The notes under the pieces were generated by a model. That model was not told the origin of the DNA, did not search any database, and was given only the letters and a program-made list of their open reading frames with translations. A stretch of 64,000 nucleotides of DNA from positions 35,278,001 through 35,342,000 of the forward strand of contig NC_042997.1 in the NCBI RefSeq assembly GCF_006345805.1. The letters are read 5' to 3'. A program made the position numbers and the translations under genes. The stretch comes from Octopus sinensis. Taxonomy: Eukaryota. Positions within the stretch are counted from its first letter, which is position 1. Each line of letters opens with the position of its first letter. Positions 52,535 to 64,000 of this stretch are shown here, one piece after another.

Positions 52535-52536
<2 letters not shown>
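52049..52536 (+). mobile_element. ~476-nt non-coding HHR-bearing unit (retrozyme-like or PLE pseudo-LTR)
   Basis: Segments A-B-HHR-C with 12-bp terminal redundancy TATATATAA(G/A)TT, embedded in (TA)n. Homologous to 46973-47416. Confidence 0.75.
52341..52388 (+). ncRNA. Canonical type I hammerhead ribozyme
   Basis: AGGCCUG/CAGGUCU stem I (7 bp, one GU); CUGAUGA; AUAC-GUAA-GUAU stem II; GAAA; AUCAC-G-GUGAU stem III; AUA site with cut after 52381. Confidence 0.9.
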
Positions 52537-52609
<73 letters not shown>

Positions 52610-52967
52610 ATTTTATTACTGAGTATGTCAAGTGCATATATTTTTATTATTTGGGATATTCTCGCAGTTAATCTATGGGGAATGCAGTTCTTTACACAAA
52701 TCCGGGAAAACAGACAAGAAGTAAGATTTCCTTATAAGTTATCTTCCCTGATATGTATGAACACATGCTTTGAAGGCTTGTATAGCCTGGTTTTCCTTCG
52801 TGTATTCTCATCCTAAATGGAGATGAGTACCAACTGTACCATGCGCTTCAGAATTGTAACGAGACGCTGCAAGAAATCATTGGTAGCCTTGTTGTCCCAC
52901 AAATAAAGATTACTTATCTACTAATCCATGTGTTGGGTACTCATTCTCACTGTTTCATATCAGAGGT

Positions 52968-53003
<36 letters not shown>

Positions 53004-53006
53004 TGG

Positions 53007-53049
<43 letters not shown>

Positions 53050-53054
<5 letters not shown>

Positions 53055-53610
53055 CTAATGTAGGATAACATTTTTTTTCGGGAAAAAAATTTTATCAATG
53101 GCCAGCATATCAAAAAATACCTTTAAAGGTAAAATTTATAAATAATTTACAAAATAAAGGCAAAAGAAAAATTCTAATGCCAAATATACCGAAAAAAAAC
53201 CCAAAAATTGTCAATAACCATTATAATTTATGCGTCTCGAAACAAATCGATAGACATTTCTAAAAAATCCGTTATTACCGTATCGAGACGCATAAATTAT
53301 AATGGTTATTGACAATTTTTGTCTTTTTTTCGGCATATTTGGCATTAGAATTTTTCTTTTGCCCTTATTTTGCCCTTATTTTGCGTCCCCTAGACAGTCT
53401 GTGGTTTGTGTTTATGATTCTCGACCCCATGTCGAATTTATCGATTTTTTTTCAGAACTGGGGGAACTTTTCAAAATTTTCGCTGCGTTAGTTTTGAATT
53501 ATGACATTGGGCTATGTGTGTGTCAAGTTTCATCAGAATCGGTTGAAAGCCGTGGTCAGGGTGAGGGTACAAGCAAACAGACACACAGAAGCACGCACAG
53601 ACAAACTGCC

Positions 53611-53650
<40 letters not shown>
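53050..53650 (+). mobile_element. Non-autonomous Helitron-like (Lep1/HINE-type) element with internal long hairpin
   Basis: 3' motif AAGTTTCATCAGAATCGG...ACAGACAAAC..TTTATATATA; ~90-bp inverted arms 53150-53240 / 53283-53372. Confidence 0.5.
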
Positions 53651-53652
<2 letters not shown>

Positions 53653-53880
53653 AGAGTTTACGAAAAAAAAAAGACGAAGACAGGTGATATACAAAACCAA
53701 CAGATGTATTAGTATAATGCTCAGGAATAGAAAAAATATTTTACGTTTCGAGCCTACGCTCTTCTACAGACAGAAAGGGACATAGAAAAAACAAGTAGAG
53801 AAACGAGGAGAGAAAAAAAGGAGAGAAAAAAGGAGAGAAAAAATGTGTGTAGTAGCTAACGATCTATCATGGTGAAATAT
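53650..53880 (-). mobile_element. Inverted PLE pseudo-LTR-like fragment with variant minimal HHR
   Basis: Minus strand TAGAAGA G CGTAGGCT C GAAA CG T A (53742-53769): core CU replaced by UA; ACGT palindromic stem III. Confidence 0.45.
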
Positions 53881-53889
53881 ATATATGTA

Positions 53890-56660
53890 TATTCCCCATA
53901 CAGAAATTTTACACACACCACAAGCATTAACAACCATAGATTCCCACACACACACAACGATCGGAGGCAACAATACCACCACTCCCCCGACCAAATAGCA
54001 CACAACCTCACAGACAACTCTTACAAACAAAATTACACCCAACATTTTTTAGCCAGGGACCAGGGACACCAGGACACAGGCTGGAACCTAGTAATAAGGA
54101 AAAAACGAAGATAATCAATCTTTCAACCAAACCTCTTTCTAACATAAAAATTGACATCCTCACAAAAGGGCTCAAATTTACACCAACTCCACACGCAGAC
54201 AAACCTAATGAACTCAAGGATAATATAACAGAATTTTGCAGAAAATTAAGACTAGCAGAAGCATCAAACAGTTTCAATACTGAAGATGAATCACTAGTCA
54301 AGAACAAAAGTGAACACATCCCACACAGAGGAAGAAATAAAGATCTTGACGAATTCTGTAACCACATTGAGAACTTCCCCTACCATACTATACATAAACA
54401 GAAAGCTAACCCAATTTTAACACTACACAATGGAAATAACTGATAGAACTCCAAAATGATGAAGATATAACCATTAAGGAAGCGGACAAGGGAAATGCAG
54501 TTGTAATAATGGATACATCATACTACAGAAATCTTGTAATTTCCTTGCTTGATGAAGACCTACATTATGAAAAAATTACCAACTACACCCCCAAAAATAA
54601 TGAAAACTCTATCTTCACTAATTAAAACCCATGAAAAGGAACTGACAACCAAAGAGATTGATTTCCTAACAAACTTTAAATGCAAACCTAGCCTTTTCTA
54701 TGGTCTGCCAAAAATTCATAAAAGTCAAATATAAATGAAACCATTAAAAAATCACCAAAGACATACATACACACACCTAATCCGGGGGACCTAAAACTAC
54801 GACCCATTGTAGCTGGCCCAACCTGTGAAACACACAGACTAAGTCTACTTATGGACATCCTCTTGAAACCCTTCTTAAACATATCGATAGCCATATCAGA
54901 GATGACTTAGATATGTTAAACCACCTTCCAAAAAAAAACCAAGGAAGAAACAATCCTGGTTTCATTTGATGTAGTCAACTTGTATACCAGTATACCTCAT
55001 AATTATGGACTGGAGGCAATACAATTCTGGTTAGACCAATTTCCGGAAGAAATACCAAAAAGGATCAGTAAGGAATTCATTACTAAATCAATTGAATTCA
55101 TCCTACACAATAACCACTTCATGTTTGACAATACATTTTACCGTCAAAAATCCGGAATTGCTATGGGTACAAGGGCAGCACCAGTCATTGCGAACTTAAC
55201 AATGGGATACATGGAAATAATCATTTACCAGGAATCTCTATCAATCTTTGGAAACTCCCTCTCTCAATACATAAAAGAGAATTGGAAACGATTCCTAGAC
55301 GATTGTTTCATTCTCTGGAATGAAAACATAGATAAACTCCTAAAATTTAAAAACCTATTGAACAGCATAAACCCAAACAGTTCACAATGGAATACAACCA
55401 AAAGGAGCTCCCGTTTTTGGATATACTAATTAAAAAAATTAACCTTAAAATAGAAACAGACATTTTTTTACAAAGCCACAGACGCCAAAAACATACCTTC
55501 TTTTTAATTCATGCCACCCAAGACACACTAAAAAAACATCCCCTTCAACCTTGCAAGAAGGATATGCACAATAGTGTCAGAACAAAATACCAGGAACTTT
55601 AGACTGCAAGAACTCAAAAACACCCTAATTGACAGACATTACCCAGCTCAACTCATAGAGGATGGGATCAGACGTGCAACAGAAATCAACATAGAATCTT
55701 TAAGAAAAGTTCAACACAACAACACACCTTCCCCGAAAATACTACCTTACATATCTACATACAACCCCAGAAACAAAGAAGCCTTCACCATCATCACCCA
55801 GAATTTACCAATACTTCATAAAAACCAAATTAAAGGAAATTCTAAGCATACACCAAATCATTAAAAGCTACAAACAGCCTAAATCACTTAAAAGATTCTC
55901 ACAAAGCAAATTGTCTTCTAAAATTACGGATGCAAAAGTAAAAAAATGTGGTAGATCGAACTGTGCAACTGTCCTAACCTATTGGAAGGATCAGAATTCT
56001 TCTTTAAAGAGGGACAGAAATTTAAGATCAAATCTAACTTTACTTGTGCCTCTGAAAACATAATTTATGTTATTAAATGACTATCACTCAGGCGCAGATG
56101 CACACTGCATCGACAACAGATTGCATTCCCAGAATATAGAATGATACCTTTTAGTGAGCACATTGAGAAATGCGCAAAGCAACTACTGCCACAATTTTTA
56201 ATCTTCCCATTTTACCAATGTGCTTTCGGATCATCAACACAAATGAGACTGAACAAGGAAACATTCTTCATTGAAAAGTACAAACCCAGACTCAACCATC
56301 CGAACATACTGACACAGATAAATTAACAAGGAAAAGGGAAAAAAATTTTTTAAGCGATTATCTCCCCTACACCGGAAAAAATCACTCACTACCTCCCCTT
56401 ATTTAGAAATCTCCTGGAAATAAAAACAACGATAATTCCATGCAATATAAACATAACGTCACAAGAAATTTGAAAAGCTACACGCGAAACCGGTAATTTC
56501 TTTAAAAATTTTTAAATTATGTCATTTTAAGGAAAGGGAAAAAAATTTTTCCAATATTCTCCAGACATGTTGACACAAATATATATATTTTTTAACATTT
56601 AACCCTTCTGTCGTTTTTTCACACTTTACTATTTTCTTATATATTCACCCACATGCTTTA
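53890..56660 (+). mobile_element. Near full-length Penelope-like element (RT plus GIY-YIG), frameshifted
   Basis: KGLKFTPTP, IKEADKGNAVV, FYGLPKIHK, RPIVAG, SFDVVNLYTSIPH, GIAMGTRAAP, WKRFLDDCF, ELPFLD, IIYVIK, ETFFIEKYKPRLN. Confidence 0.92.
56463..56502 (+). ncRNA. Decayed minimal type I hammerhead in the PLE 3' pseudo-LTR
   Basis: Stem I AAGAAAT/ATTTCTT (7 bp); core TTGAAAA (two changes from CTGAAGA); 1-bp stem II; GAAA; ACCGGT palindrome; GUA site. Confidence 0.7.
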
Positions 56661-56676
56661 CCAAACAACTTTCTTA

Positions 56677-56747
<71 letters not shown>

Positions 56748-57444
56748 ATACATGTATATCTGTGTATGTGTGTAGGTACATGCTTGCAAAAGTATCTGTG
56801 TTTTTCAGTCGCTAAAGTGTACCATACGGTATAACTATAATTCTTCCCTTGCTCTCTTCATGTGATAATGTTAATTAGTATTACTATCATAATCATCATC
56901 TGTATTTTATTTCCCTTCTTAGTTTTCTAATTTGAAATAGGCTAATTTGGAGGGGCGCATAGATGAACGTTCTTATCAGAAACCCATCAACATATTCAGC
57001 ACAGAGAAACAGCGAGAATAATGCTATATGTTCACCACAACATGGTTGAATGTATATGATGTTTCGAATGTATTTCTGTCTCAACTAATCAGCTTTTACT
57101 GTTTCTGCTCCACAGAGTTGTGATGGTGACGATAATGACCATAACTATGAAAGCGATGATGATTATGATGGTGTTGGGATTACTCATTTTGGTGCTGGTG
57201 TTAGCATTGTTTGCGGCGGTGATGGGAAAGGCGATTATAGATGTTGGATTTAATAATACTGACGTCGGAGAGAACTTACATAATCTTGCTTCATTTACAT
57301 TTATATTGTAAAGCGAATTATGAATACAAAAAAGCTGCCAAAACATATATACGCATAATTGTAATAATATAGGCCAGGAATACTTACTACAAGATGTCTG
57401 TGATAAATATTCTATCAATATTATATGTATGAATGTATGTTTAC

Positions 57445-57511
<67 letters not shown>

Positions 57512-59118
57512 TAGATAACTATAGATATATATATATATATATACCTATACATGTATACATATATATGTCTAAATGTATATATATTTATATTATTATATAT
57601 GTATACGTATGTATGTCTCATTTCTCTCACAAAGAAAATCCTGGGCATTGCTTTAAAATGTTTAAGGAAACTAATCATACTAATATTTTAGGTGTGATAC
57701 TCTTCTGGGGCTTACAGGCATCTGGAAGCATATCAAACTATCGCCGGTCGTTAAACTTTTACCTTAGGGAATGCAACGAAATACAAATACACATATATAT
57801 GCATACATATACCTTGGAATTTCACTCCGTGCTCCTCCAACAGTTTCACTTTTATTAGTAGGTCTGAGGTCATAGTACATAGTATAAGACACTTGGCTGA
57901 GGTGACGCACGGTTGATCTGAATCTCAAACCTTGTTGCTGCAAATCAATTTCTTAAAAACACAGTCCAGCCTACTGGAAGTGTGATTGTTGTGTTATATT
58001 TCCAACAAGGAAAAGCTTTTAAAAATGTGTGGAAAGTTGGGAACACGATGCAATAATAAATGAGACAGAACGTTGAAGATTTTTGCGGTACATGTAAGGT
58101 GGTGAAGAAATTTGAGTAAAATAACACATAGAAAAGTCGGAAGATTGTAGTATCGGTACTTACGCTGGAAATACAAAAAAAAATTTTTCGAAATATAGCG
58201 TCAATGTGTCTTGTTCTAAAAGTGTGAATGTCATAGTGAATAAGGAAGTATATGGTTTGAATCTTGGAAACAGTGAGCTCTAGCAATCGTTGACATCAGA
58301 TGAAGTCAATGTAATGAAAACCTATTTACAGGAAATTTTGGGAGAAATATATTAAGTTAAAGAATATGGAGATTTCTTTGTGCAAAAGATAAATACATCA
58401 TTTATAGGTCTTCAATAGTTTAACTGATACTACAACGTTGACAATCTAAAAAGCAGACTGATTTTAGCCTCAAGGTTATAGAATTTAATATGTGCTGTTA
58501 TTGATTTCGTTTGAAACAATGAAAGGATTAAATTAAAATTATCAATGTTTTGTATTGAGAATGAACAGAACTTTGAAGTTCTCAATATCAATATTTCAAA
58601 ACTGAAACAAGGTAGTAAGTCATTTCATGACAATCGTTAAAATAAACAGCAACTGAGAATTTAAGGGGAGACAAATACGTAGAGGTATTAAAATAATACA
58701 AGTAACGAAAAGTTGTAGATATACTAATTTTCAACCCAACAGTCATCTAGGTACAATTTTCAATCTAACAATCAAGGTTCTTTTTAGACCTAAATTTTTA
58801 TCAAGAAAGCGGATCCCGGTATTAAAGAATAACAGGAGGAAATATTTAAAATGGTATATATGCAAAACACAAGTGTTAGCAATCGAAACAATGTGCTATA
58901 TCCGGGATAACGATAGTTGTGTGATTACTGATACGTGTTCATCTTAAGGTACTTTATGCGAATATATTTGAATATATTAGAGTACATCATTTTAGATCCA
59001 CTTAAGGATATGTGAATTGTGAACTAATGACATAATATATTGATATACAATATTATATTCTATCATATGATATAATAGAATTTCATATATATACAATACA
59101 ATTCCATGATATCACACC

Positions 59119-59152
<34 letters not shown>

Positions 59153-60261
59153 CATGTGCTTCTGTGTGCATGTGTGTGAATGTATGGGAGGTTATGTGAC
59201 GTGATATAGTGTTAAGAATAAGAATTCTCTCAAGTATTCTCGTAGTATAGAAATTCTCACTTATGCTATTTCACTCCTCACTCTCATTGCTGAGTAGACA
59301 ATTTCTACAGGGAAATCATGTCCAATGTCATTAATTAATTAATTATCAAGTCAGGTCACGTTTCAATTGAATTCTATGGCTGCAGTATAATGTTCATCAT
59401 ATAAGTAACTACTCAGTAAAATTGACTTTTAAAGCAGTCTTCAATTTGTTTCGAAACCACCAATTATGATGATACAAGAAACATACGTTTATGATATTTT
59501 AAATGACTAGATATATTCATTCTGCATATGTACTTCTAGGAAAAGAACTCTTATATGGCAGTTCGTTTGAATTACCCCAATAGAAAGCTAATCATATCTA
59601 GTTATTTCTAATGCTTCTTTATGAATGTTTTTTCTATTACTATAGACTACACTGTTTTCTTACGGTGTCATCAATTATACTTACATGCATTTTCCCCCAT
59701 GTCATTCTGTGCATAGCCGCACCCATATCACACACACATTTACATAATACACGTAGAACATATTAAGCGGGATACTTTGCATCATCATTACACATCATGC
59801 TATGATATACATGAAAATCAAGTTTTATTTGAGTAGCTGTAGTATTAAAATTGCTCAAAAAGAATGAGAGATATCATATTAAGGCTTTATAAAATAAGTA
59901 TAGTAAAGATTAGTTACTGAAAGCATGCATAGCTGAGATTTTCCAATTATTAAGACATATGACATACGATTCGAAACCCCAAAAAAGATTGTTGTTACCA
60001 AAGAATATTCGTCATGTATATATATTTAATATGCTATGAAGTTTTGTGTGTAGCTGTGGCTGCCAAACGCAATTTTTCATAGATTCCCTTAAACAGCAGA
60101 TGATAATGGTAGTGCGAATAAAACCAAATTTCTGTCTACAACTTAAGATAACAATTGATTGTTCACAATGTAATGTCAGTAGATCTCTACCCAAAAGTAC
60201 AGTGGACCTGGAATATCTAGAGAATTTAACGTTTACAAATGAGGTGGAGGTGATGCTATAT

Positions 60262-60295
<34 letters not shown>

Positions 60296-60334
60296 CATAC
60301 AATTCTCTCTCCTTTATTTTTCTTTCTCTTTCTC

Positions 60335-60397
<63 letters not shown>

Positions 60398-60398
60398 A

Positions 60399-61284
60399 CA
60401 AGTTCTGATCAATAAGTATCTGGACTATTTCCATAGTAATGAAGCTAAAGCACGTGCAGTAGAGCAGCTTCCCATAAATTGACCTCGACCTCTGTGGTGA
60501 ACGCGCATAAACATTTTAACGTTCTAGTTCACTACTGCTATTTACAGCAGTGCTTAGAAAGAAAATGTGTAGCGTGTGATCATCGCATTGACCATGACAG
60601 AGAAAGTTGTCATGGTGATACGTGTTCAGAGGATTACGTAATACTGTAGAAAGTGTATGGAGAGAGGTGTATGAGCCTCACACGAGTGTACGAGTGGTTC
60701 AGACGTCTCAAAGACGACCGAAAAATGTCGATAGTGACGAAAGGTCTGGGAGACCTGTAACCAGCAGAACTGATAAATACATCACATCACAGATGTTTGT
60801 GCAGCTGTGAGGGGAAATCGACGAAATACTCCCCGCAAGTTATCGGAGGAGGTGTGGATTAATTATGGCTTAGTTCAGTACATTATCATTGAAGATTCGG
60901 ACATGGAACACATATCTGCCAAGTTTGTGCCAAAACTGCTTTCAGCTGACCAAAAAAAGAGAGTCGGGTTTCAGTTGCACAAGATATCCTTGACTGTGGC
61001 GAGAACGATAAAACTTTGCGATGGCCCATGAGCAGGTATCGACAAGCTTTTCGCAAAATTTCACGCAGATTCTCTGCTCAACTTTGTCATAATAAATGCG
61101 ACGACCACACGTTACAAACCTTCATTCCAAGCACTGCTGTAAACAGTGGAAGTGAGGTAGAACTTTAAAACTTAGTGCGCATGCACATCAGCCTTCAATT
61201 TCAATCTATGCGAAGGAACTTCACTTTGCGTGCTTTAGCGTCGTTATTATAGCCACAGTCCGGATACTTATTGATCATACCACG
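60399..61284. mobile_element. Mariner derivative made of two oppositely oriented 5' ends
   Basis: TA-flanked TIRs (TGATCAATAAGTATC.GGACT). The + side encodes DERSGRP..AKFVPKLL; 61020-61284 is an inverted second 5' end (MTK.EQRICVKFCEKL). Confidence 0.75.
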
Positions 61285-61306
61285 TATGTGTGTGAGCGTG
61301 TGTATA

Positions 61307-62203
61307 TTGGGTCATCGCATGAATAATGCAGTTTTTCATTTGAATGAAATAAAATTTGGAGAAGCATGGGATAGACTACCTGCATCAACCTGCTGTAAAA
61401 GCAGGTAGTAATTGTGCCTTCTCCTTATCCTTAGTTCAGGTTTTAAGGAGTGCAGTTCGATCTTAACAGTAATTATTTCAAAGCTATAATGGTGACGACA
61501 AAGGAGCATATTCGACATATTTTTGCTTTATGTGTTCAATAAAGGAAACAACGCAACGGAAAGTGCGAGGAATAATAATGCAGTATATGGGGGTCGGACA
61601 ATATGCGTAAGCCAGCTATGGTTCCAGAAATTTCGAGCTGGATACTACAGCCTAGAAGACCAGCCTCATCCTGGACGATCTGTAGAGATCGAGAAGGACG
61701 TCCTGCAGCCCTGGCAGAAGAAAACTCCGTCGTAACTGTTGAGGGACTAGCAGAGAAGCTTGGATTTAGTAATTGAAACTGTCATTCAAGTCAGTGCTAG
61801 AAGGAAAACGCCCATGTTTGGATTCAAGACGGAAGGTGTTCTTCAATCAGGATGATGCTCAGCCACATCCAGCGAGATTTACATTCCAAAGGCTTAAGCA
61901 GTTTGAATGGAAAACAATGCCCCACCCACCATATTCCCCTGACATTGCCCCAGCTGATTATTATTTACACTACAGTCTTCAAAATCACTTAGAAAACATA
62001 TGAATTCTGTAGACGAGTACTGGAGTAGTATTTTTCGTCACGGACAAGTGAAATGTGGAAAGGGGCCTTACAATTCTACCAAATAGATGGAAAAGCAATT
62101 TAGAAACTAAAAGTGACTATATTTTAGATTAATAAAAAATTGTTTTTCTTAAGTTTCAAAAATAAAAGAAGTATTAAAAAAGCGCATTTATCGGATGACC
62201 CAA
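61307..62203 (+). mobile_element. Internally deleted mariner
   Basis: TTGGGTCATC TIR-like ends; WFQKFRAG.YSLEDQPHPGR, QDDAQPH, PHPPYSPDIAPADY. Confidence 0.85.
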
Positions 62204-62204
62204 A

Positions 62205-62246
62205 ACACACATACACACAGACACAGACACAGACACACACATACAC

Positions 62247-62326
<80 letters not shown>

Positions 62327-62392
62327 GCACGCACGCACACAGATATATATATACATACATATATATATACATGCATACACACACACACAATT
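62205..62392. repeat. (CA)n/(TA)n microsatellite
   Basis: Directly visible. Many further (TA)n tracts across the window are not listed individually. Confidence 0.95.
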
Positions 62393-63690
62393 ATTCATAA
62401 ATGAACCCACGTTCACACACATATAAGGTTTTGCATCGGTTTATGCATATCCCATTGTTTTTGCTTTCCAAAGTATTATATGCATTATGCAGATCTCGAC
62501 CGGCTTTCCACTCACGACAACTTGACAGCTTCTAATTTTATTCCACTATCAGATTTCAGATCAACGAAAGAAACTGTAATGTTCTCGCCAAGAAGTAGAC
62601 ATTTGGAAAATCTATCCAAACATGCTGCTTAAATTATGAATAAATTACATAAAATTAAATTGCCGAACATTGAATTTTGCACGCAATTTTCGTGAATATA
62701 TAGATTTGCTTCGTACAACATTAAGTCTCCAGTGACATCTATTCTACTTCCATATTACTACTTGTTTTTGTCCATCCATCAAATACGCTATTCGTGTTCG
62801 TATTTAGCTTTTGTATATCTAATTATACACAATCACCCTTCCTACACCTATACAGACTCCTCCTCTCCCAAACGCATACACATACGCACGCACACTCATG
62901 CCCAGAGATATAAGTAAATAAGGATATATACAAATATATATGAATATTTAAATATATATCTGTATACACACACGCACACACATATATATGAGAGGAAGGA
63001 ACGAGACTATATGTGTGTGTGTGTTTGTACGTGAGCGTGGTTGTAATAATTTTAGCATGACATTTGTTTTAATAAGCGCATTGCCAATTTTCATGTATTT
63101 ACTCCTTTACCGATAAGTTACTTTACTTTAATGATCTCGATGCGATAGCAGGAATCTTTGACTTCGTTGTTGTTTGAACACAGACCGTAAACAGGTAAAC
63201 AATTATTAAAAGGTATTTTGTCAGACATTCTATCAACGCTCGCAGGTCTTTGCCCTATGATTCATGATGCGATTTTTATACAAGTGTATATGGATGCATG
63301 GATTATTGTGCAATTTATTCATATAATGAAAATAGTAATGCAATACGAGAGTATTGCTTTCCAGTAAAGAATAGCCCGTCAGTCGAGTGCACTGGCATAG
63401 ATGTGGCAACATTTGAAATATTGTCGAGGTATATGTGGCTGATGAGGATAAATCAAATATATGTTGGCAGACGTATTTTGAAGAATCTGAAACCGGTACC
63501 ACATTATCCATTTCTAGGTATTTCATTTTTCAGATGTTCTTCCTAGAGGTAAGACAATTTGTTTCATGTTTGTTGCACACACGCACATTTACTAGTACAT
63601 ACGCAGTGAAGCTATACGTTAGCGTCGTATTTATTACGTTCGCTATTTTCCAGTAAATATCGGTACTTCGTTGTGCCATTTATTTACTTT

Positions 63691-63752
<62 letters not shown>

Positions 63753-64000
63753 ATATATATATATGTAGTTGAATGCATTTAATCTAGTTTTTGTCTTAAT
63801 TGTATTAAGTATTATAGCCATACCGATGCCATATAGCTGACTGTAGTTAGATTTCGGCTCAGTATATATTTGACCTGCAAAAAGTCGTAAAGAATTTACT
63901 TACCCTCTTTCCCCTCTCCTTCCCTAGCCGCAACATTTTAGATATAGAGCAATGTAGTTTCACAATTCAGCTTTTATAATTCTATATGTCACGCGTGCAT

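Noticed and set aside
57089-57418. Hydrophobic ORFs resembling a membrane protein or signal peptide
   Set aside because: Derived from a degenerate (GAT/GGT)n repeat.
63430-63470. CTGATGAG..AAATATAT hammerhead-like string
   Set aside because: G12 absent, G at the cleavage position, no stem I.

Overview
AT-rich, microsatellite-saturated animal DNA. The tRNA-derived SINE families and the repeat landscape point to a coleoid cephalopod, most likely Octopus (inference). One host coding exon is firmly supported: minus strand, 15292-15437, 146 bp, encoding SIALCDENEYRLVRDLMKNYNKQVRPSSNFSEALNVTFGVALAQIIDV. This is the N-terminal helix exon of a nicotinic acetylcholine receptor (Cys-loop) subunit. I found no DEKNQ-type next exon in 1-15291, so that whole stretch is probably one intron; exon 1 is only tentatively placed (37633-37663). 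The rest is transposon debris: four Penelope-like elements (PLEs), several mariner/maT remnants, RTE, CR1-like and R4/Dong-like LINE ends, Helitron remnants and three SINE families. The most striking signal is one the ORF track cannot show: a dense set of type I hammerhead ribozymes (HHRs). Four have intact CUGANGA/GAAA/NUH cores (11806-11916 -, 12667-12736 +, 48875-48962 -, 52341-52388 +), six more are decayed, and flanking sequences are mostly unrelated. All four intact ones have a self-complementary stem III, implying dimeric folding. One sits in a ~476-nt unit present twice in circularly permuted order, consistent with a retrozyme-like circular or tandem RNA. Another is in the sense strand of the receptor intron and shares its stem I strand with a 76-bp hairpin. 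Several long fold-back hairpins surround the receptor exon, including an 80-bp-arm palindrome 254 nt downstream of its donor. All structures were read by eye; nothing was searched or folded computationally.
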